DNA from: Candidatus Syntropharchaeum sp. | GTDB lineage: Archaea > Halobacteriota > Syntropharchaeia > Syntropharchaeales > Syntropharchaeaceae | DNA length: 64,000 nucleotides | Direction: 5' to 3' | Assembly (NCBI GenBank): GCA_026134025.1 | Contig: JAOQII010000001.1 | Location: 12,451 to 76,450 of the forward strand | Shown here: in pieces, positions 62,498-64,000 of the stretch | Numbering within the stretch: position 1 is the stretch's first letter | How the letters are laid out: the number at the start of each line of letters is the position of its first letter | Position numbers and translations under genes: made by a program | Notes under the pieces: model-generated | The model's database searches: none | Told to the model about the DNA's origin: nothing | Seen by the model: the letters and a program-made list of their open reading frames with translations, nothing else

Positions 62498-63037
62498 TTA
62501 TTCGACTGCAACAAGCTCCAGTTCCACACCTGCTTCCTCGTATGGCTCAATCGAAGGGTCGGTCCATCGTTCCCAGTTATCCTTGGCCCAGTCACCAGCA
62601 CCTCTTATTATCGCCATGCCTTCGCCTTTCGCTGCAAGCCTGCCGTTACCTCTGGCAAAGATTACCATATCCTCACCCTCGAAGACCGCGACACCCTTGC
62701 CGCGATAGATCGTAACAAGAGGACCAAGCTCTATCACCCTGCCATCTCCGTCTGTTATTACTTCGATATCACTACCTATCACGACAAGGCGTCCGATGCC
62801 ACTGAAAGTAGCGATGCCAGTGCCCTCGAGAAGTGCACGACCCCTGCCCTCTGCATATATCCAGCCATCTCCTGCCACAAGTTCCTCACCTGCTGCATCA
62901 CATATGCCATCACCGTCTTCGTCGACAAAGTTCGCATTCATACCGTTCCCATTTCCCTGCCATGCAGCAGCACTTCCTACAAACATAGATGCTGCTACAA
63001 GGCACGCCACTACTATACTCACTTTCAATCTTTTCAT
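62498..63037 (-). CDS. Secreted Gly-rich beta protein with DxDxDG calcium-binding-like motif
   Basis: Signal MKRLKVSIVVACLVAASMFVGSAAA (start adjusted to 63037); FVDEDGDGICD; repeated G.G.A...G.G strands. Confidence 0.7.
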   Translation of the reverse strand: MKRLKVSIVVACLVAASMFVGSAAAWQGNGNGMNANFVDEDGDGICDAAGEELVAGDGWIYAEGRGRALLEGTGIATFSGIGRLVVIGSDIEVITDGDGRVIELGPLVTIYRGKGVAVFEGEDMVIFARGNGRLAAKGEGMAIIRGAGDWAKDNWERWTDPSIEPYEEAGVELELVAVE

Positions 63038-63236
63038 ACACACATTCCTCCGTTTCGTTTTGGGATTTGTACCCAAAGAAAGCGTGTATTTTGAATAAAA
63101 TAAAGATACTTTAAGAAAACAAAAAATAAAAGCTTTAAAACGGTTTAAAATACTTTAAGAAACTTTATGGCTGCTTTTTAAACTTCACACAAGACGGTAA
63201 AAAGATTTAAAAGTATTCCTGAAGTAGCCACTTTTA

Positions 63237-64000
63237 ATGCAGGAGAGACGATTCACAGGCGAGATCAATCCATCGATGACGGGTGAAAAGGCGACCCTTA
63301 AAGGATGGGTCCACGAGATAAGAGATCTTGGTGGGATTATGTTCTTAATCCTCAGAGATAGAGAGGGTTTTGCCCAGATTACATTCCCTAAGAAGAAGAT
63401 TGATCCCGATCTTCTCGAAGTTGCCAAGCGCATTTCAAGAGAGAGCGTGATCACGGTTAAAGGAACAATTCAGGAGGATAAGCGGGCGCCAAATGGATAT
63501 GAGATCATACCAGAGGGGATTACGGTTTTGAATCCTGCCAACTCGCCGCTGCCGCTTGATACAACCGGAAAGGTTGGGGCTGAGCTTGATACGAGACTCG
63601 ATTCACGTTTCATGGACATTCGAAGACCTGAAGTTCTCGCGATATTCAGGATAAGGGATAAGGTACTTACTACAACTCGCAACTTTTTAAATGAGCATGG
63701 TTTTATTGAGATAAACACGCCGAAGATCGTCGCAACTGCAACCGAAGGTGGGACCGCCCTATTTCCAATTACATACTTCAATAGGGAGGCGTTCTTGAGC
63801 CAGAGTCCTCAGCTATTCAAACAGATCATGATGGGAGCAGGACTTGATCGCGTCTGGGAGATCGCTCCGATATTTCGTGCAGAGGAGCATGATACAACCC
63901 GCCACCTCAATGAGGCAACATCGATCGATATTGAGGCTTCTTTTGTGGATTACGAGGATGTGATGGTGCTACTCGAAGATCTAATCGCAACCCTCTATAC
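63237..64000 (+). CDS. aspS: Aspartyl-tRNA synthetase (archaeal type), 5' part; runs off the window
   Basis: Manual translation [10 protein letters not shown]...[22 protein letters not shown]...ATEGGT.LF...[10 protein letters not shown]...FRAEEH.T.RHLNE. Confidence 0.95.
   Translation, partial: MQERRFTGEINPSMTGEKATLKGWVHEIRDLGGIMFLILRDREGFAQITFPKKKIDPDLLEVAKRISRESVITVKGTIQEDKRAPNGYEIIPEGITVLNPANSPLPLDTTGKVGAELDTRLDSRFMDIRRPEVLAIFRIRDKVLTTTRNFLNEHGFIEINTPKIVATATEGGTALFPITYFNREAFLSQSPQLFKQIMMGAGLDRVWEIAPIFRAEEHDTTRHLNEATSIDIEASFVDYEDVMVLLEDLIATLY

Overview
Archaeal chromosomal window with no CRISPR array, transposase or prophage visible. Gene content (cofG, mfnA, PGF-CTERM protein, DUF5350-like protein, two acyl-CoA dehydrogenases, intron-containing tRNA-Trp) suggests a Methanomicrobia/Methanosarcinia relative, possibly an alkane/fatty-acid oxidiser such as Ca. 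Syntrophoarchaeum (inference only). Most of it is housekeeping: tRNA-Lys-rpoH-rpoB(unsplit)-rpoA1-rpoA2-rpl30e-nusA-rps12-rps7, rpoP-pcc1-pfdB, purL, SRP RNA, tRNA-Ser, tfe, rps8e, thiDN, dapF, aIF2beta, tRNA-Trp, a CBS cluster, ppdK, trm1, cofG, mfnA, dph2, truA, nnr, thrS, rfc, radB, fni and aspS. Main candidates for new biology: (1) a ~10.5 kb divergent locus (51215-61671) with two tubulin/FtsZ-superfamily proteins (one 863 aa with a long coiled coil, one degenerate), membrane-anchored coiled-coil proteins, two surface-exposed membrane-anchored proteins and a TPR protein, joined by overlapping divergent TATA boxes; (2) a citramalate/isopropylmalate synthase gene with no in-frame start codon but a probably leaderless out-of-frame ATG and a TTT-ATT(Ile) site, suggesting an Ile-sensing +1 frameshift; (3) an RsbR-S-T-X stressosome module with no output gene; (4) an acyl-CoA dehydrogenase fused to a winged-helix-like domain; (5) a CTG-initiated unsplit rpoB, an extended RpoA2 and a divergent chaperonin where EF-2 usually sits. 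Several gene remnants point to recent rearrangement. All family assignments come from motif recognition, not database searches.
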